Shown here one piece after another: positions 49,455 through 64,000 of a stretch of DNA of 64,000 nucleotides. Made by a program: the position numbers and the translations under genes. The notes under the pieces were generated by a model, which was not told the origin of the DNA, ran no database searches, and saw nothing but the letters and a program-made list of their open reading frames with translations. The stretch lies in assembly GCF_009914755.1 (NCBI RefSeq), contig NC_060937.1; one strand, written 5' to 3'. The DNA is from the human T2T-CHM13v2.0 reference genome, Homo sapiens. The number at the start of each line of letters is the position of its first letter. Position 1 is the stretch's first letter.

Positions 49455-49620
49455 TTATAATGTCCAAAGCATCTTTACGCATATTTTTTCTCAAATAAAT
49501 CCTACAGCAACTGTGTGACATACTCAAAGGTGAGAATATTATCCCCATTTTACAACTGAGCAAGCAGACTTCAAGATTTGTTAACTTTTTAGAGCTGAAG
49601 TTTAGTCCACTATTTTATGT
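49455..49620 (-). mobile_element. MIR SINE
   Basis: ATCCTACAGCAAC...TATTATCCCCATTTTACAACTGAG core. Confidence 0.6.
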
Positions 49621-50851
49621 TATCAACCTTTGATTTGCTCTGCTATACCCACCAATTTAGAAAAGAATTTACCCAAGATTGTAACATGTAATACAATTAA
49701 TTTATTTTTTTTTCTCTCCACTTGAAAACAGAAACAGTGGTGATTATGGAGTATCTACTGATTATTTTGCTGGGACAAGTTGATGTCACTAAATTTATAA
49801 ATTGAACTGAACTGATAACCTCAGTTACTTTGCCAAAATTCCTTCTTTTAATATTACATAAACTGTAGAATGCAGAAGAGGTACTTTTAATTTCTAATTA
49901 TTTAAGTAGAGAAAGACTCAACACTTCCTTTTAGGCTCACACATAAAATTTCTGGTTGATACATCACCAGCGATTGTGTTTCAGCATGTATGTAAATGCA
50001 GCTTTCTGAATAGGCAAACTTACAGGAATTATGGAATATCATTGTATTTACATACAGCAGTATCTCAGACATCACTCCAAAAACTAAAGGGCAATGAGGA
50101 AATATTTCCAAAAGCCATATTACAGTGCTTTGGGGGAGGTGAAAGAGAGAATGCTGCAATATGTTTTCTTGTTTGACTGACTCAAGCTACATTCTAGGAG
50201 ATATTTTAAAAAGTGAATAAAATCTCTGTGTCATAGTCAAAAGATGTAAGGCAAACCACAATTATCCAAGGAAATCTGAAATGAATATTACTAAATACAA
50301 CCTTCTGGATTTGGTTTTACTTACCATGTTGACTATGTCTGCTTATGGTTTTCTTACTTATGCCTACCTACACCATCTTTTAATTAAATGTGCCGATAAA
50401 ATTTCTAAGTGCAGAATTTCCTTTGCTTGACACAAACACTTTGTTCTACTGTGAATCAACTGCTGGGGCTTTCTATTGTATGGATTTCTACAAAGGGATG
50501 TGCCGTAACTCAAGTATAAGCAGATGGTTCTTTCATTGTTGTAAATCAAATTGGTATAACCTGTGACTGGGTTCGATGTGGCCCCAGTTTCCTGAGGCCT
50601 GTGAAAATTGCTAGGTAGCTCATTTTCATTTTTTCTTATCACCTTAACTGGAGTTGGAGGCCCTTGCAAGTCCAGGACAATGACGTCTTAGGCAACCTCA
50701 GTTGTCTAGTGTGACTTAATAAGCCTGATGTATGTAGTAGAACCAATCTTTTCTTTTATATATAATGCCATTTTAAGTGATGTGAACCTTATTCTCTAGG
50801 TTACAGGTATTGGATTACTTTAGTTCTTTATTATAATAAGCAAGGTGTTAA

Positions 50852-51154
50852 TTTTTTGTTGTTGCTGTTGTTTGAGACAGAGGCTCGCTCTGTCGCCCAG
50901 GCTGGAGTGCAGTGGCGTGATCTTGGCTCACTACAAGCTCCACCACCCGGGTTCACGCCATTCTCCTGCCTCAACCTCCTGAGTAGCTGGGATTACAGGC
51001 ACCTGCCACCATGCCCGGCTAATTTTTTGTATTTTCAGTGGAGACAGGGTTTCACCCTGTTACCCAGGATGATCTAGATCTCCTGATCTCATGATCCGCC
51101 CGCCTCAGCCTCCCAAAGTGCTGGGATTATAGGCGTGAGCCACCGCGCCCTACC
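50852..51154 (-). mobile_element. AluY-like
   Basis: CAAGCTCC and GTTCACGCCATTCTCC diagnostics; (TTG)n tail. Confidence 0.95.
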
Positions 51155-51542
51155 CGCTAATTTGATTTTTTAACTCCTAAATTCTACCACTTTCCTTACT
51201 CGCTTTCTAATGAAAATTGATGGAGAAAATAAACTGAAAATATCACAATTCTAAACATTCCACTATTTTGAGATTCTAAAATTATTGGCTTTTGGTGTTC
51301 ACTGATTCATGTCGGATTTTTAGTAGCATAATCAAACCTTTTTTTGGCAATGGTATAGAGTGCAAAATGCAAAGCCATTTGCCATGGTGTAGATGCTCAC
51401 AGTATGCCCCTGCATCTAAAGAGATACTATTCTCCAACATAAATCAGACATATAGAAAATACTTACAGCACAGAAAATATGAACTATGGCATAGAAATAC
51501 ATTAAATTAGCTAAATGACATCCTTAATAAAAATCTGAATCT

Positions 51543-51832
<290 letters not shown>

Positions 51833-51984
51833 GAATCTACTCTAAAACTGGGAATTTTATGTTTAAGTAGATTCACTTAATTTTTTCCTATAATCTCCTG
51901 GGACAAGTAAATGTTTTCAACAGTTGCGCTTAACAAACTGAAGAACTGGAAGGAGAAACAACATTATTAATAATTACTTCCAGA

Positions 51985-52420
51985 GTGGGGTGTGGCTCAC
52001 ATCTGTAATCCCAGCACTTTGGGAGGCCGAGGTGGGCTCATCACGAGGTTAAGAGATCGAGACCATCCTGGCTAACACGGTGAAAACCTGCCTCTACTAA
52101 AAATACAAAAAATTAGCCGGGAATGGTGGCGGGCGCCTGTGGTCCCAGCTACTTGGGAGCCTGAGGCAAGAGAATCGCTTGAGGAAGGCTGGCCAACATG
52201 GCTAAACCCCATCTCTACTAAAACTACAAAAATTAGCTGGGCTTGTTGGCGCATGTCTGTAATCCTAGCTACTCCCCGAGGCTGAGACAAGAGAATCGCT
52301 TGATCCCGGGAGGCGGAAGTTACAGCAAGCCGAGATCACGCCACTCCACTCCAGCCTGCTCTACAGAACAAAACTCTGTCTCTCAAAAAACAAAAAAAAA
52401 AAACAAAAAAAAAACAAAAA
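51985..52420 (+). mobile_element. Composite Alu (two fused partial elements)
   Basis: First Alu runs to GAGAATCGCTTGA (52182), then the sequence restarts in a left arm at CTGGCCAACATGG (52189). Confidence 0.9.
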
Positions 52421-53421
52421 CTTCCTACGATGCATGATTAAATTACAAAGTTTTCTATTCTTTTCTTTTAAAAATAAATATCTTAGCTGCCTGTTTTCAT
52501 TCTGGCCATCAAAATTGCCTAAATTCTTTGTGGGCAATATCATCAACCCTTGAGGGAAATTCAAGATATTCCTAACACAGAAATATTCTTAGCTGAAAAG
52601 AGTATGGGATGACAATTTTCAACCTGGCATATATAAAAAGAAGAAAAATGTTGGGTAAATGAACAGCAAAAGAAAGATGACATTCATATGTCCTATGCAA
52701 TTCTGAATACTTATTTTATGTAGGTGAATATTTTAATGAAAGACATTTATTGATTCAAAATATTTTTTAACTTAAAGAACTTTGGCAAAACAATGCCCTT
52801 CAGTCAGTGACTATATTATCAAGTTTCACCTACCTCTGATCAAGGAAACAAAAATAATAGTAATTCCATACTCAGTATGTGTGAGAAAATAAGATGTGTT
52901 TAGTTCTAATTATTTTGAGTTATGCCACATAACACATAACAGTATACATTTATTTTGAGTTCATATGTAGAATTAGACTACTTTTTTAATTTTGGGAACA
53001 TGGAGAACAATATTATAGGATTATATTAGTAAGGCTGTGGTAAATACTAACGTTAATCTCTCCTTATGTGACACACACAGTTCCTTCACCAAAATGGGCA
53101 AAATTTTAGCTGAAGACTTATAATGAAGCCTAGACATTCATGAAGAAATTAAACAACTTGACCATTATTAGAATATAGTAAATACATGCATGTTCAATAC
53201 CAGCCTCTTTTTTTCTCACTTTATGTTTTTTGAATGCCATTAGATTTACATATCCTGCTAACATAACATAAAAACAAACCTTAAGTTTCAAGAAATTAAC
53301 AATTCTAGTTACATACTATTTACATGTTTTTCTTATTAACTATTAGTTATTTCAAAACTTACCTTTTATGTTTTGAGATAAAAAATATCTAATAGAAAGG
53401 TAGTTTTTTGAGAAGAATGCC

Positions 53422-53731
53422 TTTTTTATTATTTTTATTTTTATTTCTTTATTTTTTTTTGAGACAACATCTTGCTCTGTCACCCAGGCTGGAGTGCATT
53501 GGCGTGATGTTGACTCACTGCAAACTCTGCCTCCCAGGTTCAGGTGATTCTCCTGCTTCATCCTCCTGAGCAGGTGGGATTAGAGTAGCATGCCACCACA
53601 CCTGGCTAATTTTTGTATTTTTAGTAAACATGGAGTTTTACCATGTTGGCTAGGCTGGTCTTGAACTCCTGACCTCAAGTGATCCATCCCCTCAGCCTCC
53701 TAAAGTACTGGGATTACAGGCATGAGCTACC
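53422..53731 (-). mobile_element. AluSz/Sx-like
   Basis: Near-full dimer. Confidence 0.93.
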
Positions 53732-54482
53732 TCTTTTTAAATTATTTTTAAAGGATACTTTAGTTTTCCTAGTAATCCATGTAAATGTATTCTCTATGAA
53801 CTATAGTGTGTGTGTTTACTTTTTATATATAGAATACTACTGAGGAGCAAGCTGTTTCTGTAAATGAAATGGGACTGAACCTCTACCGTGGTTGTGTTCT
53901 ACATGTTACAGAGACCTGGACAGAGACAGTATGATTATCTCATGAACATCACATAATCTCCTGTCACAGTCCCAAGATAAAACATTTCCTTAAAATCAAG
54001 ACTTGCTTTAATAAGCACCACATTTATTACAATAATACCTTCCCACTATAATCAATATGGATATAAACAGCCTTTGTTCTATTTTTCTCATACTTGGAAG
54101 ACTTTTGCTTTCATTCCATGAAAATCTTGTATTTCTCCTCAATTATTCTAATTAGAAAAATAGTGCTGGGGGAGAAAAAATAAAACAGCACAGAAAGGAA
54201 AGGGGCTCCTGCAATGCACTGTTTAGACAGATAAGGTAGCCTGGCCAGGAGATGGTCAGGTAGGGACTGCCTTCTTCTCTCTGGTGGTGAGAATTGAGAA
54301 TTGCTGAGAGGTGTGCAAGTGGAGCTGATTGAGCCTGAGCACAGTCCAGCTTTCTTCCATGTTCTCTACATAAAATAATCAATAATCTTCAGCATTAAGA
54401 CCTCATGATCTCATGTTTTGAGAAGGAGAGTTGAGAAACACCTACTAGTCTTGTGATAGGTTGAGTACTTTAAAGAGTTTTG

Positions 54483-54778
54483 GGCCAGGTGCGGTGACTC
54501 ACGCCTGTAATCCCAGCACTTTGGGAGGCTGAGGCACGTGGATCACGAGGTCAGGAGATCGAGTCCATCCTGGCCAACACGGTGAAACCCCATCTCTACT
54601 AAAAATACAAAAATTTAGCCGAGCATGGTGGCACACACCTGTAATCTCAGCTACTCAGGAGGCTGAGGCAAGAAAATCCCTTGATCTGGGGAGGTGGAAA
54701 TTGCATGAGCTGAGATTGCACCACTGCACTCCAGCCTGGGTGACAGAGTTAGACTCCATCTCAAAAAAAAAAAAAAAA
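54483..54778 (+). mobile_element. AluSc/Y-like
   Basis: Full dimer; TSD AAAGAGTTTTG / AAAGAATTTTG. Confidence 0.95.
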
Positions 54779-55346
54779 GAATTTTGAAGCTTCTTAATTC
54801 CATTTATTTAAGACATTATTCTCATTGGGATTACGGGGGAATCCCTGAATTTTGGTAAAAACAAATCCAAGTCACAAAATCAGAAAAAAAAAGGGAAGAT
54901 ATAGGATGATGCGTTTCATTCTTCATATGAATATGCATTTTACAAATATATAACTAAGACCAATTTTGGATTTATTTCCAGGCTTGGAGATAACTTATGG
55001 AAACTTTTAACATTAAAGTTAAATTTGCAATTCAGAATTAATCCATACATTATTTCACTGTTTTCTTGTTAATATTAAATGCTGCTGACTCAGTAAAGTT
55101 TATTATTTGAATATAACAAGAATGTGTGAATTGTAAATGCCATGCTAAAGTCTGGAACATTTCTACAAAATTCAGTTTAGCAAATATTTGTTAAGACTTC
55201 AGTCAAAGCCTTTTACAACTGCACTGCTCTAGGTTTTGAGGACTCAAAATAATCTCTGCTCACAAACCAGACATGCAGACAAATAAGGTTCTATGTATTA
55301 AGGTCAATAATAGAATTTTGCTGAAGACAAAATATTATCGCAGACA

Positions 55347-55517
55347 CAAAAAAATTAGCCAGGCATGGTGGCAGGTGCCTGTAATCCAAGCTACTCAGGA
55401 GGCTAAGGAAGGAGAATAGCTTGAACCCAGGAGGCAGAGGTTGCAGTGAGCCAAGATCACATCACTGCACTCATCTTGGGCAACAGAGTGAGACTTCATC
55501 TCAAAAAAAAAAAAAAT
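55347..55517 (+). mobile_element. Alu right arm
   Basis: Runs from the linker to the poly(A). Confidence 0.9.
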
Positions 55518-55791
55518 CTTGATTCCTTTATCCCCTGTGCTTCACAGCATTCAGAGTCTTCCATATTTTCTGGGAGTTTCTTGGTTAGTTGGGCTTGGCC
55601 TCTCCTCACTTACTGTTGGAGCCTGCCCTCTTCTCTGTGCTCCAGAGCAGATCATGTTTTCTCTACTCAGTTCCCTCTAGTGAGGAGACTCATTCCACTT
55701 TCACCCCCACCTTAGCACCAAGCACCATTAATTCAAGACCACTATGTGGAGGAGATAAGGGAGAATTACATCCCACGAAGAGCAGCAAAAT

Positions 55792-55929
55792 GCATAAACA
55801 TGCATATATATACACACATATGCATGTATATGCACATATACACACATATACATATATATGCATATATACATACACACATATATACACGTATACACATATA
55901 CACACACACACATATATACATGCATATAT
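55792..55929. repeat. (TA)/(CA) compound purine-pyrimidine repeat
   Basis: Directly visible; generates the HIYT-type spurious ORFs. Confidence 0.9.
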
Positions 55930-56167
55930 TGCCACCACTATCCTGAATCTCCTCATTTTTTCCCATCAGAAGGAATTTCTCCACCCCACCCTACCATTTT
56001 CTTGGAACTTCTAGTCTCTCTCACATTATTAATTCTACACCTGGGGCTGCCTTGCCCCCTCTTGCTAACTGCCTGGTGGTAACTTGGCACTCCTCTTAGT
56101 TACTACTTAACGTTACAGCTCACCCTTTTTTACATCATATTTATGAAGCATTAAATATTCTAAAAGT

Positions 56168-56464
56168 GGCCGGGCGCAGTGATTCATGCCTGTAATCTCA
56201 GCACTTTGGGAGGCCAAAGCGGGCGGATCATGAGGTCAGGAGTTCAAAACCTCCTGACCAACATGGTGAAACCCTGTTTCTACTACAAATACAAAAATTA
56301 GCTGGGCATGATGGCGTGTGTCTGTAATCCCAGCTACTCAAGAGGCTGAGGCAAGATAATCACTTGAACCTGGGAGGCAGAGGTCACAAAGAGCCGAGAT
56401 TTGTGCCACTGCACTCCAGCCTGGGTGACAGAACAAGACTCTCAAAAAAAAAGAAAAAAAAAAA
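56168..56464 (+). mobile_element. AluSg-like
   Basis: Full dimer. Confidence 0.95.
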
Positions 56465-57034
56465 CAAGCTACTTTGTCTAGGGTACCCTATTATACCAAG
56501 GAATTTAGTGCCTCATGAAAAAAGACTCTCAAGGATGTTTTTCTAAACAATAGAACCTTCTACCTTAGAAATCATTTATGATATTATCCAACATCTTTAT
56601 TTTTTATTTTATATATATTTTTCACTACAATAAAAATCTTTCAAATATATCAAAATACAATTTTATTAAAACAGAAAAGTTGTTTATTAGATAATCTTTT
56701 AATTTTAACATATTAATTTATCTATTGGGGTTCTATGTCATTCACTCAGGAAGAGAATTCAATGAATAAATGTGGTAACTTCACATATCGTAGAACTTTT
56801 TCACAAAAATGGGCAATTTTTCATTTTTCAGAGTGAACACTGAGCCACCACCTGAGGAAAAATAAATGATCATTTTTAACAATTAAAGTTACTTTTTTTA
56901 ATCATCTGGTCTTTTAAGATGTTTTTAGACTTATAGATCAAGATAAGAAGTTAGCATGCACTTATCCTTCTTTCAATTTGTATCCATCCCTAATTTATTT
57001 CTTCCTATTGTGCAATAGCTCATTATTAAGCTGA

Positions 57035-57397
<363 letters not shown>

Positions 57398-57447
57398 TAC
57401 AAATTTTCTTTGTAACTTACCTTATTATTAAATTGGTCTTCCTAATT

Positions 57448-57767
57448 CTTATTTTTTATTTTTTATTTTTTATTTATTTTTTTGAGACGGAGTCTTGCTC
57501 TGTTGCCCAGGCTAGAGTGCAGTGGTGCAATCTCAGCTCACAGCAACCTCCTCCACCTCCCGGGTTAAAGCCACTCTCCTACCTCAGCCTCCAGAGTAGC
57601 TGGGATTACAGGCATGCAACACCACTCCCGGCTAATTTTGTATTTTTGGTAGAGACAGGGTTTCTCCATGTTGGTCAGGCTGGTCTCAAACTCCCAACCT
57701 CAGGTGGTCTGCCTGCCTTGGCCTCCCAAAGTGTTGGAATTACAGGTGTGAGCCACCGCACCCAGCC
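57448..57767 (-). mobile_element. AluSp-like
   Basis: TTTCTCCATGTTGGTCAGG diagnostic. Confidence 0.95.
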
Positions 57768-58023
57768 TGGTCTTTTAAAATTTGACCTAAACAGTTCATC
57801 CTGTCATGTTCTTCATGAGAGATGAAGGTCCACTATTTTTCCCTTGTTATTTTAATAAAAACAACTATTTACCTTGAATATACTGAATATATACAAAATA
57901 CATATTCATTTACACACCATGGCTTTTTAAAAATGTTGTCCTTAGATGTGGCCTCCAGGGATAGTTAAGCTGTAAATGGAAGGCTTCATATGTAAAGACA
58001 TTTTCCTTTTGACCTTGTTTCTT

Positions 58024-58456
58024 TTTTTTTTTTTTTTATTATACTCTAAGTTTTAGGGTACATGTGCACATTGTGCAGGTTACATATGTATACATGTGCC
58101 ATGCTGGTGCGCTGCACCCACTAACGTGTCATCTAGCATTAGGTATATCTCCCAATGCTATCCCTCCCCCTTCCCCCGACCCCACCACAGTCCCCAGAGT
58201 GTGATATTCCCCTTCCTGTGTCCAAGTGTTCTCACTGTTCAATTCCCACCTATGAGTGAGAATATGCGGTGTTTGGTTTTTTGTTCTTGCGATAGTTTAC
58301 TAAGAATGATGGTTTCCAATTTCATCCATGTCCCTACAAAGGACATGAACTCATCATTTTTTATGGCTGCATAGTATTCCATGGTGTATATGTGCCACAT
58401 TTTCTTAATCCAGTCTATCATTGTTGGACATTTGGGTTGGTTCCAAGTCTTTGCTA
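58024..58456 (-). mobile_element. Young L1 3' fragment (pre-Ta/L1HS-like or ape equivalent), ~430 bp
   Basis: Sense strand reads GATGACACGTTAG (ACG) and AAACTTAGAGTAT (G); perfect 15-bp TSD TTGACCTTGTTTCTT 58009-58023 / 58457-58471. Confidence 0.93.
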
Positions 58457-58562
58457 TTGACCTTGTTTCTTATAGTGAGTGTGTGTGTGTGTCTGCTTTT
58501 AGTGGTAGAAGTTAAGGGGAATCTCTATGATTTTTTTTTTCTCTCCATTTATCCCTCATTTT

Positions 58563-58849
58563 CTTTCTTTTTTTTTTTTTGAAACAGAGTCTTCCTTTGT
58601 CAGTGCAGTGGCGTGATCTCGACTCACTACGACCTCTCCCTCCTGGGTTCAAGTGATTCTTATGCTCAGCCTCTCAGGTAGCTGGGATTACAGGCATCCA
58701 CCACCATGCCCAGCTAATTTTTGTATTTTAATGGAGATGGGGTTTCGCCATGTTGCCCAGGCTGGTCTCAAACTCCTGAGCTCAGACAATCTGCCCACGT
58801 CGGCCTCCCAAAGTGCTGAGATTACAGGCATCAGCCACCATGCCCGGCC
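58563..58849 (-). mobile_element. AluSx-type
   Basis: 18-bp TSD CCATTTATCCCTCATTTT 58545-58562 / 58850-58867. Confidence 0.95.
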
Positions 58850-58867
58850 CCATTTATCCCTCATTTT

Positions 58868-59178
<311 letters not shown>

Positions 59179-59334
59179 TATCCCTCACTTTATAACATTA
59201 ATCAAGTTCTTTTATAATTTTATGTTAAAGATTTTTGAATTTTGTTAATCTATTTTATTTTCCTTCATAAAATGATCAAAGCTAGAAATAACATTACAAA
59301 GTATATCATAATCGTTAACAGAAAGAGCTCTATA

Positions 59335-59525
59335 ATCAGCTTAAATTTCTTTTCTCTCTTTTCTAGTTATGTGATCTTAGGCAAGTTACATAAATTACCT
59401 GTGTTCAGTTTATTTATTTGTGAAATGGGGAAAATAATGGTGCCTGTCTCTGGGTAAGATTGTAGTGATGGTGAATAACAGATTTATCAAGCATAAAGCA
59501 GTGCCTGGGACACAGGAATTGCCCT
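59335..59525 (+). mobile_element. MIR SINE
   Basis: TGTGATCTTAGGCAAGTTACATAA..CAGTTT..TGTGAAATGGGGAAAATAAT..CAGTGCCTGG. Confidence 0.8.
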
Positions 59526-60409
59526 CTCTGCATGCCCCTGCATATGTGTGCATACAGGCATGAATCACTTGATGATGGAATAAATTTGGAGAAATATGTC
59601 TTTAGGCAGTTTTGTTATTGTGCAAATATCTCAGAGTGTACTTACACAAACATAGATGGGATAGCCTACTACTCTGCTAGAGTATATGATAGAGTATATG
59701 TAGCCTGTTGCTCCTAGGCTACAAATCTGTACAGCATGTTACTGTACTAAATACTGCAGGCAACTGTAACACAGTGGTAGGTATTTTGCATCTTATCATA
59801 GAAAAGGTGCAGTAAAAAAAAAAAAAGGGTACACTTGTAGAGGGCACTTACCATGAATGGAGCTTGCACAGCTGGAAGTTGCTCTGGGTAAGTGAGTGAG
59901 AGGTGAGTGAATATGAAGGCCTAGGACATTACGGGCACTGTTGTAGACTTTAGCAGTACTGGATGTACACTTAAGCTATGCCAAATTTATTTTTAAATTG
60001 TTTTCTTTTATCAATAATAAATTAGCTTTAGCTTACTGTAATTTTTTTATTTAATATACTTTTTTTAACCTTTTGGCTCCTTTGTCACAACTCTTAGCTT
60101 AAAAGATAAACATATTGTACAACTTTAAAAAATATTATTTTCTATATATCTAAGTCTATAAGCTTTTTCCAATTTTTAATTTTTGTGTTACTTTTTAACT
60201 CTTTTATAAAAACAAACACAAACACGCACATTAGTTTAGGCCTATACAGGGTCAGGATCATCAACATCATTGTCTTTCACACCTTCATATTCTGTCTCAA
60301 TGGAAGTTCCTTGGGGCAATAACACACATGAAGCTGACATCTCCTATGATAACAATCCCTCCTTCTGGATACCTCCTGAAGGACCTGCCTGAAATTGCTC
60401 TACTGTTCA

Positions 60410-60757
<348 letters not shown>

Positions 60758-60775
60758 GATAAAAAGAATAGAGTA

Positions 60776-61138
<363 letters not shown>

Positions 61139-61389
61139 TTATGTTCTGTAAGTAATTATATGTGCTAGAAGCCTGGCAGCACAATAGGTCTGTTTTCACC
61201 AGCATCAGCACAGACATGTGAGTAATGAATTGTGCAATGATATTACATTGACAATGACATCACTAGGAAACAGGAATTTTTCAGCTCCATTACAATCCTA
61301 CAGGACCAATATGTGGTCCACCATTTACTGAAATGTATTTACATGGTGCATGACTGTAAAATTACTAGTCTTCAAAAATCAGTTGTATC

Positions 61390-62230
61390 TTCAACATTTC
61401 CTACCTCTGCAAAATGCATCACCATTCTCCCAGTTACCCAGGCTTAAAACCTCAGAATTCTATCAAATTATTTCATTTCCTTACATCTCATGTTTAATTA
61501 GTCACTGATTCCCATCAATTTTCCCCTATCATGTTTAATAGTACCAATACATTATTTCTCTTAGAAAAACATTTTTCTAGTTTAAGATCTTAATTTAGCC
61601 TATTTTTAAAATATCTCAAAGTTTTCCATACAGTCTTTATTTCTTATTTCTTAAAATATTTTCTACAATTTGATACAACTAACCTTTCTAAAGCATAAAT
61701 ATCTCACTTTGTCACTTGTATGCCCCCCAAAAAAACAAAAAAAATCTTCTTGGTCTAGAAAGTAAAATTATAATGCTTGGCATGATGCAGACAGAAATTC
61801 CCATTTATCCTTTTTCTCCTTTGCCCCCACACTTTTCTTCCATGTTCACATCAGTACCTAATGTCCCAGACATATGGAATTCATTGTTTCATGAATAAAG
61901 CCAACACATTCTAACTACCATGCATTTAGTCAAACCATCTGGCCACCTGGAATTTCCTACCATCCCCCATAAAATTTAAATTAAAAAATTCCACTGTTCT
62001 GTCCTCTCTGAAGATGTCCCTGAACCTTTATTGAAACTCATTGACATATCCTTTGGTTCCCACAGCCTTTATTGTATATGTCATAATTTAGCACATACAT
62101 TACTCTGCCATACATTTTAGTAAGTTAATGACCTGTCTCTTTTCACTGATAAAACAGTGTCAGGATTTTTTCATTTTTGTATTCCCTACTGGTCCACAGA
62201 GTGTTATGAACATATAATTTGCTAAGTTAA
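61390..62230 (+). mobile_element. Decayed L2 3' region
   Basis: CACCATTCTCCCAGTTACCCAGGCTTAAAACC, CTTTCTAAAGCATAAAT, CTCTGAAGATGTCCCTGA and ATTTTTGTATTCCC blocks in L2 order. Confidence 0.65.
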
Positions 62231-62901
62231 TTTTAAATTGACTTAAACGTACTGGTGAATTCACCGATTAACTGTTCTTTTCCAGTATTACTCTTAGAAA
62301 TGTCCTTCCCTTGATATATTTTATGTTCTAAAAAATTAATTTCATTTTAAGAATCACATCCTCCAAAACAAAAGAAACAAAAGCTCCCATACAATTCTAA
62401 TGCTAGTTATAGGTAACATTAAAAAATGGCATACCAACTGTAAAAACCAAAAACAAAAAAACAAACAAACAAACAAAACAATTCCCATGAAAGCCAGAGG
62501 CAAACAATGCAAATTTTAATGTCAATATTGTCATTTTTTCCTAGGTTAGGGGACAATATAACCACATTTATAAACTTATTCTTTTTGTCTCTCCTCATGT
62601 TGACCTCACACATAGCATGTTATGCCATTAAAACAACAAAAAAAGGAGAAAATGCTATATTGAAATCCAGTATTTTCTTACAACAATTCCTTACTGTGAA
62701 TTGTGAATGAAAATTAAATTCTTTAATCACTAGGAAAGACTCTGAGTGTGAAAGTGTTTCTTTCAGCTGATATAAACATTGATAAGATCAAAGCTTGCTC
62801 TAAATTATCTGTCTTACCAGGTCTTGACTGAATCTCAGAACAAAATCCTGTAGTTTCTCTTTATTTCAGATAAACCTTTGATCTTTTAAAAATATAGGCA
62901 C

Positions 62902-63211
<310 letters not shown>

Positions 63212-63555
63212 CTAAGGAAATGGCAAAAAGGCAAAAAGATATGCACAAAAAAAGTTAGCCACTACTTGCATTGAAAATGGGTTCAAGTTTAAGGTTTTGG
63301 CAAGTGTTTGAGAAAAATATGAATTAAGCTCATTTTCTGTGGAGACAAGTCTCTAGGCGTTTAGTTTTGGTTAAGTTAAATACTTAAATCTATTTAAAAT
63401 TTTAAAGACCTTAGTAACGTAAACAAATGGTGTTGAGTTTGGACTTCTCTACAATATCTATGTGGAATCTTAGGAAAGGAAGAGTGAAAGGATACAATAC
63501 ATTTTAAATGGTAGTTCAGCCTAAATCCTAAGCATAAGCATAATACACTGCTGCA

Positions 63556-64000
<445 letters not shown>

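Noticed and set aside
55589-56082. Overlapping His/Tyr/Ile/Thr-rich ORFs on both strands
   Set aside because: Produced by the (TA)/(CA) microsatellite, which lacks stops in most frames.

Overview
Human or great-ape pericentromeric junction; the species cannot be fixed from the sequence alone. Bases 1-30685 are diverged ~171-bp alpha satellite, all in one orientation (minus strand relative to the usual consensus). The monomers are A-type and I found no CENP-B box by eye, so this is an old inactive layer rather than a live HOR array. The array splits at ~16.93 kb into a dimer-like domain and a different monomeric domain. It carries relic multi-monomer duplications and two 5'-inverted (twin-primed) L1PA insertions. 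It ends abruptly at a 2-unit remnant of the 48-bp CER satellite, followed by 33 kb of euchromatin-like DNA with ERVL pol remnants, MLT1, MIR, L2, old L1M, Tigger3, two more L1s and about 29 Alu pieces. No intact protein-coding or RNA gene is supported. The most unusual signal is that two independently inserted L1PA3-like copies 20 kb apart share the same ORF2 nonsense mutation and four other variants. All subfamily labels come from remembered consensus diagnostics, not from a database search, and boundaries of old repeats are approximate.
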